A DNA stretch of 64,000 bases from Candidatus Bathyarchaeota archaeon (GCA_963767735.1 CAVYES010000005.1:128001-192000), one strand, 5' to 3'. Positions 37,932 through 48,741 are shown, counted from the first letter of the stretch. Notes: generated from the sequence alone by a model not told the origin. A program made the numbers and translations.

Positions 37932-39423
37932 CTACGTTGCAGTTCTTTTTTACGAATGCGATGCGTTCGTCTGCAGCGCCATACTTCGTGAGGTATTCGC
38001 CGTAGGTCACCAGCGCCTTCATCGCTCGGGCAGCAGCCTCAGGCGAAGAGTATGCTGGAACGCTGAGCCTGTCGAACCTTGAGCGGGTGTAGAGCGCCAT
38101 TTCTGTTTCTCCGATGTCGCACATTACAATGGGTTTGCAATATCTCGATGCGATTAGGACGATGCCGTCAATGTACTTCTCACGCAGTCCAGGCATGTGG
38201 TGGAGCCCAAGCAAGATTATGCCGTTAATTTCTGGGTCCCGAAACATAACGTCCGCTGAGATTACGAATTGGTCGTCGGTCACTGAGCCAGTGAGGTCAA
38301 CGGGGTTTGTTGTCGCTGAGATTTTGAGGATTTGGTTTGTGTCTTTGAGCTGCTGGAACTCCTCAAGTATGTCGGGAGTAAATTTGTTGACAGTTAAGCC
38401 GAGGAATTCACATTCGTCAACGGTCATGACGCCTGGTCCACCTGCGTCAGTGAGTATGCCTATGTTTCTGCCGACTGCGGGGGGCTGCATGGCAAGGGCT
38501 TTTCCTATGCCGAAGAACTCATCCATGTCTGTTGCCCTTATGACTCCGGTCTGCTCGAAGGCAGCATCATAAATCTTGTCTGACCCAGCGATGGCGCCTG
38601 TGTGAGACGCCGCTGCTCGTGCGCCCGCGGAACTCCTGCCAGTTTTGATGACGACAACGGGTTTTTTAAGAGTCACTTTTTTAGCTATTTCAAGAAACTC
38701 CCGCCCATTCTTAACGTCCTCCAAGTACATGAGCGTCACATGGGTTTCTTCATCGTAAAGAAGGTAGTGAAGAATATCTGATTCGTCTACGTCGCATTTG
38801 TTGCCAAAGCTTACGAATTTGCTTACCCCCATCTGACGCCCTGTCAAGAAGTCAAGGGCAGCTGACCCGAAGGCTCCGCTCTGGGTAATCATAGCGATGT
38901 TGCCGGGCATCGGTCTAGGCGTTGCAACAACTTCGTCTCCTGTGGTGAGAGTTTTGGTTTCGGGAAGGAAAAGGCTGTCAACACCTGTTTTTGAGTAGAA
39001 AACTCCGAGGCAGTTGGGTCCTAAGACGCGTATTCCGCCTTTTTTGGCGATGGCGACCACTTGCTCTTCAAGCTCTACGTTTCCAACTTCTTTGAAGCCG
39101 GCGGTGATTATGATGCAGGCTTTGACCTTTTTTGCGGCGGCTTCCTCCAACACGCCCGGAACGGCTACTGCTGGAATAATGATAACTATTAAATCTACTT
39201 CGCCGGGAACCTCAGTTAAAGTTTTGTAGCACTTAAAACCCAAAATTGAATCTTCATTTGGGTTAACAGGGTAGATTTCTCCTTTGAAAACTCCATGCAA
39301 CTTGTTTTGGGAAAAATTTTTGAAAATTACGTGCCCTGCTTTATCAACTTTTTTGGTGGCTCCGATTATTGCAACTGAGCTAGGATTAAAGAATGCGTCC
39401 AATTTCTTTAATGCTTCTTCCAT
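37921..39423 (-). CDS. acdA: Acetate-CoA ligase (ADP-forming) alpha subunit
   Basis: FFNPSSVAIIGA, LGPNCLG, TQSGA, AAASHTGAIAG, NPVDLTG. Confidence 0.9.
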   Translation of the reverse strand: MEEALKKLDAFFNPSSVAIIGATKKVDKAGHVIFKNFSQNKLHGVFKGEIYPVNPNEDSILGFKCYKTLTEVPGEVDLIVIIIPAVAVPGVLEEAAAKKVKACIIITAGFKEVGNVELEEQVVAIAKKGGIRVLGPNCLGVFYSKTGVDSLFLPETKTLTTGDEVVATPRPMPGNIAMITQSGAFGSAALDFLTGRQMGVSKFVSFGNKCDVDESDILHYLLYDEETHVTLMYLEDVKNGREFLEIAKKVTLKKPVVVIKTGRSSAGARAAASHTGAIAGSDKIYDAAFEQTGVIRATDMDEFFGIGKALAMQPPAVGRNIGILTDAGGPGVMTVDECEFLGLTVNKFTPDILEEFQQLKDTNQILKISATTNPVDLTGSVTDDQFVISADVMFRDPEINGIILLGLHHMPGLREKYIDGIVLIASRYCKPIVMCDIGETEMALYTRSRFDRLSVPAYSSPEAAARAMKALVTYGEYLTKYGAADERIAFVKKNCNVVTQ

Positions 39424-39530
39424 ACCTAATTCACCTGTTCAGGTATCTGGCTTTAGAGTCTTGTTTTTATGTGTTATCCTTCAAAAGTTCTTTTTTGATT
39501 AAATGATTATTTGCTTCTTCCGTATTAACT

Positions 39531-40376
39531 TTAACGTGCATTTTTTCTAACGATGACTAATGGTCTATGCTTGATTTTAGACAGCATTTCCCAGCTTACG
39601 CCGTTAACTTCCACTTGAAACCTCGCCGCCATATCCCAAACCGTAGCACCTGAACCGGGTCCTCTAGCTTTGTCGGCTATGTTAGTAATTGTTAATGCTT
39701 CGCCAGCGTGAAGATTGCAGCCTGCAGCCGCCAGAGGCGTTGAACTTTTTTTGAGTTTCAGCATTCTGCCTATGATGTAGGTGGGGTGTCCTCCGAAGGA
39801 ATGTATGCCCCTCATCGGGTTTGGTCTTGGCGTAAAGTAGAAGTTTCTGAACTTGTAGGTTTTATCCGTGTCGGCAATTATTACGCAAACGTTTCTTTTC
39901 AATTTAACGAATATCTTCTCACGAATTTCCTGCGCCACTTCATGTGCATTATTCAATGGCAAGCTTACATACGAGTAAGGTAGGTTGGAGCCGTCGATTC
40001 CTCCTTCAGAACCAAACATCAGCGCCTGCAAAAAACCCGCATATTGCAACGCTACTTGCTTGTGGCGACTGCCAGACTCCAACGGGTACTGCCTTAACCT
40101 GCGTAGCAATCGTGGTCCAAAATGGCATAAAATTCCCAGAGGGTATCCCCAGAAAATTCGCATCCAGAAACTTGCAATAACTTTTGCATTAAAGCTTGGC
40201 GCCACGGTGCTCTCGTCAATCATGTTGCCTTTCGCCGTTGAAATTGCCTTTTCCGAAACGACAACGAAATCTCCATTTTCAATTTTGCCACCTAAAGCGG
40301 TGATTACCTTGTCGGTATAGTTGTCGCCGGGTTTCCAGTAACTGGTAGTTAACGCCAACGCATAATACTTAGCCAT
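39531..40376 (-). CDS. CofE-like gamma-glutamyl ligase family protein
   Basis: GDFVVVSEKAIS, GGIDGSN, VIIADTD. Confidence 0.8.
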   Translation of the reverse strand: MAKYYALALTTSYWKPGDNYTDKVITALGGKIENGDFVVVSEKAISTAKGNMIDESTVAPSFNAKVIASFWMRIFWGYPLGILCHFGPRLLRRLRQYPLESGSRHKQVALQYAGFLQALMFGSEGGIDGSNLPYSYVSLPLNNAHEVAQEIREKIFVKLKRNVCVIIADTDKTYKFRNFYFTPRPNPMRGIHSFGGHPTYIIGRMLKLKKSSTPLAAAGCNLHAGEALTITNIADKARGPGSGATVWDMAARFQVEVNGVSWEMLSKIKHRPLVIVRKNAR

Positions 40377-40488
40377 TGAAGCTGCACTTTCACACGAATG
40401 CAGTTTACACTCTATCCTAATAAGACTTATAATTTCTTCAAGGAAACCTGAAAATCTAAATCTAAAAAGGCGAATTCAACGACTGCTA

Positions 40489-41814
40489 TTAAGGTCGGTA
40501 TCCGGGTTCTGAATAATTTTGAATAACCGCTCCTCCGCCCTGAATAAGTACCGCGTTGCCTTGCGAGAGCGAAGGTAATCCCCCAGAATTTGGTATAAGC
40601 AAAGCTCCCGATGGTGGAGAAAGATTGGTTGCTGACCCAACTCCTGATCCTACCGCGTATCCTGTTTGTCCCGTGATTTGGCCAGCTCCGTTTACCCTAA
40701 CCGCTATGACACCGCTTTTTTGTAAATAGGAAGTCTCAAGGCTAATCATGCCATATCCGACTGTTGACGCCGCCAGAATCAGTATCAAAGTCAACGCTAT
40801 AACTGTGCCTTTTTTAGTTGGTTTTGGCGCATTTTTTGATGCAACCACATTAATGTTACGTACTCTATGCGCTATCTGGGGATGGGCGGCAAGAATTTCA
40901 GACCTGCGAGCTATCGGCGATACAAGAAACAAGCTTGCTGAAAGCCTATCTGCGAAACGCTCTTTAGGAAACATCTGAAGAACCCCTTCAAGCTTAGCTA
41001 GCACGTCTGACATGACCCTGGGCTGGCTTAGCAACGATGCACCCTTCTCGTCGGCAAGCAACTCCCTTTCTTTTTGAGCTGAAGCTGCGGCGAAATAGGA
41101 TAGAGGATTAAAAAAGGAAAGAATGTTCATGGTGTACGATAGGCTTCTAAACAGGTAATCTCTTGATTTGACATGAGCGAGTTCATGAGAAACGACCGCG
41201 GTTAATTCATCAATATTAAGCATCTTCAAAATCCCCAGTGAGAAAACTATCACCGCGTTCTTCCCATAGCCCATAGTAAAAGCGTTGGGTCTTAAATCGT
41301 CAATTAAGCCGACCCTGGGCGCTGGAGTTCCAATTTTCTGAGAAATTTCCTTCACTTTTTCTTGAAGAGACACGTATTCTTCAGGATACATCATAGTCAC
41401 GTGAAATGCCCTCATTGCTATCCTCTGCCCGAAAACAATCGTTAAAATTAGATAGCTCGCAGCCGCGATTGCTCCCCCCAGACACAATAGACCCGTGACT
41501 GAAAAAACACTGTCTGGAGTGAATCTTCCGATAACAATACCTGAAGTTGTCACACCTGTAGCGTAAACAGAGATTTCTGGAGGTAGTTTAGGTATCCCCA
41601 TTGATATCAGGGTCTGAGGATGAAAGAAAATCATCACAGAAATCGGAATAAAAAGGGGAATCAGCCATATTGTGCTCTGGATTCTTCGGCTTATGAACGG
41701 ATTGAGTTTCAAGAAAACTTTGATGCAGATAAAGGATAATGAGAGAAAAACTACTGAGTAGAAGAAATAAGGTTGAAGGATCTGCGTTAGAAAATCGTTC
41801 AAGCTCAGCATCAT
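40489..41814 (-). CDS. M48/M56 membrane Zn metallopeptidase (BlaR1-like)
   Basis: PNAF, HELAH, ERELLAD, HPQIAHR; TM segments; coupled to BlaI gene. Confidence 0.88.
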   Translation of the reverse strand: MMLSLNDFLTQILQPYFFYSVVFLSLSFICIKVFLKLNPFISRRIQSTIWLIPLFIPISVMIFFHPQTLISMGIPKLPPEISVYATGVTTSGIVIGRFTPDSVFSVTGLLCLGGAIAAASYLILTIVFGQRIAMRAFHVTMMYPEEYVSLQEKVKEISQKIGTPAPRVGLIDDLRPNAFTMGYGKNAVIVFSLGILKMLNIDELTAVVSHELAHVKSRDYLFRSLSYTMNILSFFNPLSYFAAASAQKERELLADEKGASLLSQPRVMSDVLAKLEGVLQMFPKERFADRLSASLFLVSPIARRSEILAAHPQIAHRVRNINVVASKNAPKPTKKGTVIALTLILILAASTVGYGMISLETSYLQKSGVIAVRVNGAGQITGQTGYAVGSGVGSATNLSPPSGALLIPNSGGLPSLSQGNAVLIQGGGAVIQNYSEPGYRP

Positions 41815-42278
41815 AATTGGTCACTTCTCTTTTCCTTTTCTTTGAGGGTTTTTTCTAATTGCACCTTCAAATTTTTCAGTTGTTCGTCGTTGTCTGCGGC
41901 TTTTTCGACAAGACACGCAGTAACGAGGTCGCCAAAGTTTTCAATAAGACTGCTTAGTACTTCCCGGACAGCGGCTTCTTTGAAGTTTTGTTCTTCAAGT
42001 TTTGGCCAGTAAACGTAGTAGACGCCGCCTTTGCCTTTTTCTATGCGCCGATCAAGAATGCCCTTTTCATGCAATCTGTCCATTGTGTTCATTACTGTGG
42101 TATAGGCGATTTTCTTATTCTTCTGGAGCGTTTCTAGCACTTCTCTTACTGTTATGGGTCTTTTTTTGGAGGACCATATGGTTTCGATGATGTTTGCTTC
42201 CAGCGGACCCAGAAATGCTTCTAGTTGCTTTCCATCGATGTTGTACTGTGGGGAAGCGGTTTTTTTGTTTGATGACAT
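41811..42278 (-). CDS. BlaI/MecI/CopY repressor
   Basis: LGPLEANIIETIW, TVREV, IAYTTVMNTMDRLHEKG. Confidence 0.92.
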   Translation of the reverse strand: MSSNKKTASPQYNIDGKQLEAFLGPLEANIIETIWSSKKRPITVREVLETLQKNKKIAYTTVMNTMDRLHEKGILDRRIEKGKGGVYYVYWPKLEEQNFKEAAVREVLSSLIENFGDLVTACLVEKAADNDEQLKNLKVQLEKTLKEKEKRSDQL

Positions 42279-42379
42279 GTAATATTTCCTGCCGTACCAT
42301 TGGCGATAGTAGCTTTTTAACGTTTTGTTCTGACACTATTAAGGGCATGGTTGCGGGGCGTTTTAGGTTCTTGCTTTTG

Positions 42380-42481
42380 TTTGTTCGTTATGTCATATTT
42401 CGGAGCTACCATTATTAATCGTAAACATTTATAAATGCTACTACATACGTTAGTAGCTGAAATTAAGGTGAAAAAATGAGT
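42380..42481 (+). promoter_or_regulatory. ~100-bp promoter/operator/RBS/ATG block, copy 1
   Basis: Near-identical to 43459-43559; operators 42407-42423 and 42439-42455, TTTATAAA, AAGGTGA. Confidence 0.85.
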
Positions 42482-42793
42482 GAAGATGATGTACAAAAGA
42501 AAGCACTCAGGGAAAAATACCTACAGGATATAGCTGAAGAATTAGATGCTGAATTGAAAAAGAATACATCTAAATCTCAATCGCTTAGATCTATAAAATT
42601 TGATGAAAAAGGCGACATATGGTACACTCCTCTTGAGTCAAATCCAGCGCCTTTTGCTGGATGTTTTGAAGACTCGGTACAACTTATCAACTATTTAGCT
42701 GGCGAATTGGCAAATACAAAAATAGAATTATATCTTCTAAAACAAAAAACAGAATTATTGTTTCAAACTTTGTCAACTAAAGAATCACACTAA
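42476..42793 (+). CDS. Hypothetical protein behind the duplicated promoter
   Basis: 105-aa AT-rich ORF starting at the duplicated ATG. Confidence 0.5.
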   Translation: MSEDDVQKKALREKYLQDIAEELDAELKKNTSKSQSLRSIKFDEKGDIWYTPLESNPAPFAGCFEDSVQLINYLAGELANTKIELYLLKQKTELLFQTLSTKESH

Positions 42794-42979
42794 AGTAAGT
42801 TTCTTTCTATTCTGCAAAACACATTAAACGGTTAGGGCTATTAACGAGTACATTCTAGGATTAGATGTGTGGAGTCTTTTATCACAATTTATTAAATTCT
42901 TAATTTTTGTGTCTAATTTTTAAATAATTTCAGAGTATAAGCTTTAATTCTCACAATGCTTTTAATGCATTGGGTTAAA

Positions 42980-43266
42980 ATACCAATTAGTAATGAGGAA
43001 TGGAGTAGTGGAAGAACAGCGGGTACACTTGAAGGTCGAATTCTTGCATTTCTAAAGCGAAATCAGAATGCTTTCACACCGAGCGAGATTTTCAGTGTTT
43101 AGGATAAAGTAATGACGTAAATCTGAATAGCATCTTTGCAGTTTTTGCTATTCAAAGCGCATTGGACAAATTAGTTAAGGAAGGAACCGTAGAAGCAAAA
43201 ACAATTAAACAGCTAATTGGAGTGCAAGTTTACTATAAGGCTATTGTTGGTAAAGTCCTCTTTTAA
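42980..43266 (+). pseudogene. Degenerate wHTH protein
   Basis: (I)PISNEEWSSGRTAGTLEGRILAFLKR...* ...IQSALDKLVKEGTVEAK...VYYKA; interrupted frame. Confidence 0.5.
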
Positions 43267-43458
43267 GATACTCCAGAAACTTAGAATTATGGCCTTATTT
43301 TTCATGAAGATAAGTCTTAAATCTGCATAGCGTAGAATAGCCTAAATGTGGCAAAAATAAGAATTTGTAGTTAAGCTACTTCTTTGGCAACTTTATCTTT
43401 AGCAAACAAGTATTCGACATATTCTCTTATTGTGCGGTTGGCTTCTTCAGCTCTTATT

Positions 43459-43559
43459 TTGATCGTTAGGTCATATTTCGGAGCTACCATTATTGATGGT
43501 AACATTTATAAATGCTACTACATACGTTAGTAGCTGAAATTAAGGTGAAACAAATGAGT
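43459..43559 (+). promoter_or_regulatory. ~100-bp promoter/operator block, copy 2 (drives the ABC operon)
   Basis: Operators 43485-43501 and 43516-43532; ATG 43554. Confidence 0.85.
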
Positions 43560-45023
43560 CTAACAACAAGAGCATTAAGAAATCTTTCAAGACGAAAAAT
43601 ACGCGCGCTAATAGTAGTCATCGCACTTGCTTTCTCTATGGCTATACTGATCGTCATTCCAGCAGGCATAGCTGCCAACCAAAAAGCCACACAAAACGAA
43701 ACCAACGGACTATCAGGCATCATTAATCAAACTTCAGCAGCAACCAACCTGACAGCAACAGAAATACAATGTGGACTCTCGTCATCCGCTTCAGGATTCG
43801 GTTTAAGCCAAACACCTGTTACTATTGCAGGAGGCGCTCCAGTCAGTGGCAGTGGTGGTCAGGTGACTAGCGGTTCAGTGGGCGGAGGCGCACTGGGCGG
43901 TGGATTCACTGAACCTATGAATGAAAGCCTGTACAATGATGTCGCCAACATTGCTGACGTAGCAACCGTTGAGCCAATTTTACAGGTAACAGAAGGACAT
44001 AACGAAACAATCACTCCGCCTGCCGGCAGCGCTGAGCACATCAGCCCTAACGGAGTTGTAAGTACAACTACAGCGCCAAGCTTCACCGTCACAGTGCCTT
44101 ATTACATCATCGAAGGCGTGCCTTTGGATTCCTCGTTACTCAATAATTATCCAATATTACCCACAAACATTACCGCTGGAAGAAATCTGCAGGCTGGAGA
44201 CACCGACGATGTACTGTTGAGCGAGAACAACTCTGCTTACTTTGGAGTAGGAGTAGGCGGCACAGTTGACATTTTAGGCACAAACTTCACGGTTGTAGGC
44301 ATCTACAGCCCGTCAGGAGCGGATATTCAGGATCTTTACATGAGTCTTCCAGAAGCTCAATCTATAACAAACCAGCCAGATACCATAACTCAGCTTAACG
44401 TTTTCGCTGACAACACAGCAGACGTAACCTCAGTATCCAACGCCATTAGCGCAGCCCACCCAGAACTCGACGTTTCAACTGCACAGGACCAATTAAGCCA
44501 GCTTCAGAGCGTCGAGTCATTGTACAATACTCAGTTAGCAGATGCTAAGGCAACCATGAACCAGACGCAAAACCAGGCTTATGCAGAAATCATTCTTGCA
44601 GTCGCGGCTACAAGTCTCATAGTTCTGTTCGTTATGCAGTACACTGTGCGTGAGCGAACTAAAGAAATCGGCACCCTCAAAGCCATAGGTTTTAGCAGTG
44701 GAAACGTGATGGGCCAATTCCTATTCGAAGGCATCATGCTCAGTTTGATCGCTGCCTTAGTTGGAGTCGGCATAGGCGCCGTTGGTGCACCATTTCTATC
44801 AAAAGTGCTACTTCCTGCAGTTGGGAACTCGCTTGGAGTCCCCAAAGGAGCAGTATTGATCGGGTCTGGAGGAGCAGCATCGGCATCTTTAGCTGTCACG
44901 GTGAGTCCTGAGTTGATGCTGATTGCGTTCGGTGCAGCTGTGGTCCTTGGTGCACTTGGCAGTCTATATCCGGCTTGGCGCGCTTCCAAAACGAACCCTG
45001 CGGAGGCTATGCGATATGAGTGA
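43554..45023 (+). CDS. MacB/FtsX ABC permease
   Basis: MSLTTRALRNLSRRKIR; TVRERTKEIGTLKAIG; PAEAMRYE. Confidence 0.92.
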   Translation: MSLTTRALRNLSRRKIRALIVVIALAFSMAILIVIPAGIAANQKATQNETNGLSGIINQTSAATNLTATEIQCGLSSSASGFGLSQTPVTIAGGAPVSGSGGQVTSGSVGGGALGGGFTEPMNESLYNDVANIADVATVEPILQVTEGHNETITPPAGSAEHISPNGVVSTTTAPSFTVTVPYYIIEGVPLDSSLLNNYPILPTNITAGRNLQAGDTDDVLLSENNSAYFGVGVGGTVDILGTNFTVVGIYSPSGADIQDLYMSLPEAQSITNQPDTITQLNVFADNTADVTSVSNAISAAHPELDVSTAQDQLSQLQSVESLYNTQLADAKATMNQTQNQAYAEIILAVAATSLIVLFVMQYTVRERTKEIGTLKAIGFSSGNVMGQFLFEGIMLSLIAALVGVGIGAVGAPFLSKVLLPAVGNSLGVPKGAVLIGSGGAASASLAVTVSPELMLIAFGAAVVLGALGSLYPAWRASKTNPAEAMRYE

Positions 45024-45825
45024 GTCAGTATTGAACTTAGAGAAAGTGTCCAGAACCTATATGCTGGGCAAACGCAGCGTTCAAGCTCTCAACAACCTGA
45101 ATTTACAGGTTAAGAAAGGAGAGTTTGCGGCGATCATGGGTCCGTCTGGCTCGGGCAAAACGACATTGCTAAACGTGATAGGCTGCATCGACAAACCAAC
45201 TAAAGGCAAAGTACTCTTAGACAACGTTGACGTAGCAAACCTGCCTGAGTCTGAGCTCTACAAGATTCGCAGGGACAAAATAGGCTTTGTCTTCCAAAGC
45301 TTCAACCTGCTGCCATACTTGAATGCTAGGGAAAACGTGGAGTTGCCGATGGCTGCGGCTGGAAAATCTAAAGCGGAAAGAAGTGTCAGGGCAAAAGAGC
45401 TCCTCGACACGGTTGGGTTGTCAGGTAGGGAAGACCATAGACCACAACGCCTCAGCTCTGGAGAGCAGCAACGTGTAGCTATTGCGCGTGCTTTAGCAAA
45501 TAATCCTGCTATTATTCTTGCTGATGAGCCAACAGGAAACCTCGATAGCGAGAATAAGCAGGGAATCATTAAGCTGCTTGCAAACCTCAACCTGACGCAA
45601 GGCACGACAATAATTATGGTCACGCATGACAGTCAAGCCGCACGCAACACAGAGCGAATGCTTCTGCTCAAAGACGGAAAAATAGTTAAAGAAATGCAAG
45701 GCCTGCACGCAAATAAAAAGAACCAGAAATGCCCACACTGCGGAGCCAGTATTCAAATCAATGAAGATGAATGCCCTGTCTGCAAAAAACCTCTCTATGC
45801 AAGCGACGACCTCTTCTCATCCTAA
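45016..45825 (+). CDS. ABC ATPase with C-terminal Zn ribbon
   Basis: GPSGSGKT, LSSGEQQ, ADEPTGN; CPHCG...CPVC. Confidence 0.93.
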   Translation: MSESVLNLEKVSRTYMLGKRSVQALNNLNLQVKKGEFAAIMGPSGSGKTTLLNVIGCIDKPTKGKVLLDNVDVANLPESELYKIRRDKIGFVFQSFNLLPYLNARENVELPMAAAGKSKAERSVRAKELLDTVGLSGREDHRPQRLSSGEQQRVAIARALANNPAIILADEPTGNLDSENKQGIIKLLANLNLTQGTTIIMVTHDSQAARNTERMLLLKDGKIVKEMQGLHANKKNQKCPHCGASIQINEDECPVCKKPLYASDDLFSS

Positions 45826-45878
45826 AATGAAAAACAACAGGCCCTCCCAAAACTTTTTTTAAATTTTGAGGCTTTTTT

Positions 45879-47138
45879 ATGGAAACTCCTACCAACTCAA
45901 CTCCCGAAACTCCTGCCGGCACACCTACTTCTCCATTTCCGAGGACTCAAAAAACTCCAAAAACCATGCGTTTTTCAGTTTTTATTATTGCGTTTCTTTT
46001 GGTTGTAGGTTTGGTTGCAGGAGGTTTAATCGGGTACGCAGTTACTTATTCAGATTTCAATGGGAAACTCAATAGTGTGCAAGCTCAACTGAATGGTTAT
46101 TCAGAAAATGCGACGTATTATCCAAACGCAACATTCGATTTAGGCTCTAATGTTTCGCTTTCGAATTTGTATCAGCAAGTTCAAAACTCAGTGGTTGTAA
46201 TTCAAGATGTCGTGCCCGAATATGGCGGTTTCTTTAATACATTGATAGGTTACGAGGAACAGCAGGGTTCAGGATTCATAGCTTCGGTGGATAATCAATT
46301 GGTCATTGTAACCAATGACCACGTGGTAGCAGATGCAAATAATATAACTGTAAGTTTTGCAGATGGAGACAGTTACCCCGCAACTGTATTAGGTTCAGAT
46401 GCTCTATCTGATCTTGCAGTGATTTCGATAACGCCTATGCCGAGCGGTTTGGTTCCTTTGACGCTTGTTAGCTCCAGTACCTTGCAGGTTGGACAACCTG
46501 TTGTTGCGGTAGGATCACCTTACGGATTATCAGGCACACTGACCACAGGCGTTATCAGCGCCTTGGGAAGAACAATCACTGAATCAAGTGAAACAGGAAG
46601 TACGGGCCCAACAATTTCGGATATAATTCAAACAAGCACCGCCATTAACCCAGGCAATTCTGGCGGTCCACTTCTAAATTATGCAGGCGAAGTCGTTGGT
46701 ATAACTACTGCAGCCGTGACCAGTTCTACGGGTTTAGGTTTTGCAATTCCATCAGATACTATAATACGGGAACTTAGCTCGCTGGTTACAACTGGCTCAT
46801 ATAATCAGCAACCCTCCATTGACGCCACGCTGACAGACATGAACTATCAGATTGCTCAAGCCATGGGAACCAACGTTACTTACGGATCGCTCGTTGAAAG
46901 CGTTTCGACACAGAACGGGCTCAAAGGCGGCTCAACTCAAATCTCAATATTAGGCTCAACCGTAACAATCGGCGGCGACATAATCATAGGTATCAACGGC
47001 ACAACAATAACAAACACGAACTCATTGCTTAGCTATCTTGAAGAGAACACTTTGCCGGGACAAACTGTTAACTTCACTATAATACGTAACGGGCAAACAC
47101 AGATTGTTCCAGTTACGATAGGAAAACTATCCGAGTAA
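45879..47138 (+). CDS. HtrA/DegP-like serine protease with PDZ domain, membrane-anchored
   Basis: GSGF, TNDHVV, SDLAV, AINPGNSGGPL, GGDII. Confidence 0.92.
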   Translation: METPTNSTPETPAGTPTSPFPRTQKTPKTMRFSVFIIAFLLVVGLVAGGLIGYAVTYSDFNGKLNSVQAQLNGYSENATYYPNATFDLGSNVSLSNLYQQVQNSVVVIQDVVPEYGGFFNTLIGYEEQQGSGFIASVDNQLVIVTNDHVVADANNITVSFADGDSYPATVLGSDALSDLAVISITPMPSGLVPLTLVSSSTLQVGQPVVAVGSPYGLSGTLTTGVISALGRTITESSETGSTGPTISDIIQTSTAINPGNSGGPLLNYAGEVVGITTAAVTSSTGLGFAIPSDTIIRELSSLVTTGSYNQQPSIDATLTDMNYQIAQAMGTNVTYGSLVESVSTQNGLKGGSTQISILGSTVTIGGDIIIGINGTTITNTNSLLSYLEENTLPGQTVNFTIIRNGQTQIVPVTIGKLSE

Positions 47139-47631
47139 CTGCTCTATCAACTCCTTTTTTTGAATATTTGAAAAAAGGTTCAAAGAGTGAACAATAACAA
47201 GAAAGAATGCATTTACGGTTGCAAAATAGAAACAGACGAACGTCAGCTATTCCATACAACTATATTTTTTCAGCGAAAATTTGACACAAGCAATTTGGTT
47301 TTTGTTAAGCCAAGCGGAAAAGGGGCAGGGGCAAGCAGCAGCACAAGAAGCAAAAACTGCAACAGGAACTTAGAACGTTCCATTTTCCTCTTCTTTTTTT
47401 TAAATAAGTAGAATCACAGGTTTTAAAAAACAGAGCTGATAGAATGCTCGCCTAGAAGTTTTTTTTTCATATGTCCATAAGTAACATACAAATTCGTTTT
47501 ACTGTTTTAGTTGATCCTATTTGCTTAATGGCTGATAGCACTTCTTCATAGCCAGGATGCTTCTGAGCCATTTTTACATTTGGTACACAAATAGGTACCG
47601 TTTGTGTGCTGATTATGGATATATGATTTTT

Positions 47632-48687
47632 TTAAAACAGTGAGTATGGAAAGCGCAGGTTGTTTTGGTATACTTTGCCTTTTATCGGGATTTGTTGTCC
47701 GCACACTGGGCACCGCATGTCAGGGGTTAGTTTCCACTGGGTTATTTCAAAACTGTTCCTTTTGATTATTGCTTCGTTGCAGTTTGGGCAGTACGTGTTT
47801 TCAGATGGGTGGCCAGGAACGTTGCCCATGTAAACGTAGTTTAATCCTTCGTGTTTAGCGGTCATGTATGCTCTCTCCATGTCCACGACTGGAGTTGCTG
47901 GGATTGTCGTCATTTTGTAGTCAGGGTGAAAACGCAGCAGGTGAAACGGCGTATCCTTCCCCAAATAATCTCTAATCCACGCAGCCATCTGCTTTATTTT
48001 ATCCATTGAATCACCCACTTTGGGCACAACCAGATTGGTTATCTCTATGTGGACACCGCCAAGCTTGAGTTCTTTTAGGGTTTCGTAGATGTGCTCAACG
48101 TTTGGAACCGCCATAACGGATTTGTAGAAGTCTGGGTCGCCGCCGCCCTTAAAATCAACGGTTGCCGCATCCAAAAAAGGCGCAATGGTTCTGACGGCTT
48201 CTGGAGTCATGTACCCGTTCGTGACAAAAGTGTTAAACAATCCTGCTTCACGGGCAAGCTTGGCGGTGTCATAAGCGTACTCCATGAAAATGGTGGGTTC
48301 AGTATAGGTGTAGCTTATTCCCTGGCAATTGGCGTTTAACGCTGACTTCACTATTTCCTCAGGCGGAAATGGTCTGCCGGCAATTTCTTTGTCTTGACTT
48401 ATCATCCAGTTGTCGCAGAATTGACAGCGGAAGTTGCAGCCAGCAGCCGCGATGGACATCACCAAAGCTCCAGGGTTAAAATGCGACAGCGGCTTTTTGC
48501 TAATCGGATCAACGCCAGCCGACACGGCTTTACCATAATTTAAAGCGTAGAGGGTGCCGCCTTGATTCTTCCTCACCAAACAGAAGCCTGATCCTTCATC
48601 ACTTATCAGGCAACGGCGGGAACATAAGCAACAACTTACTTTGTTCTCATCTTTCTTTTCGTAAAGCATGGCTTCGTGAAGGGACAT
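47632..48687 (-). CDS. AmmeMemoRadiSam system radical SAM enzyme
   Basis: GCNFRCQFC, DPISKKPLSHF, YTYTEP, RFHPDY, CPNC. Confidence 0.9.
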   Translation of the reverse strand: MSLHEAMLYEKKDENKVSCCLCSRRCLISDEGSGFCLVRKNQGGTLYALNYGKAVSAGVDPISKKPLSHFNPGALVMSIAAAGCNFRCQFCDNWMISQDKEIAGRPFPPEEIVKSALNANCQGISYTYTEPTIFMEYAYDTAKLAREAGLFNTFVTNGYMTPEAVRTIAPFLDAATVDFKGGGDPDFYKSVMAVPNVEHIYETLKELKLGGVHIEITNLVVPKVGDSMDKIKQMAAWIRDYLGKDTPFHLLRFHPDYKMTTIPATPVVDMERAYMTAKHEGLNYVYMGNVPGHPSENTYCPNCNEAIIKRNSFEITQWKLTPDMRCPVCGQQIPIKGKVYQNNLRFPYSLF

Positions 48688-48741
48688 TTTTTCTCACTAT
48701 TCCTAAATAATAGAAAGAACGTTTTTCTTTAAAAGGATTAA

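Noticed and set aside
47187-47600. Short ORFs between htrA and the radical SAM gene
   Set aside because: No recognisable motif or RBS; AT-rich intergenic or decayed sequence.
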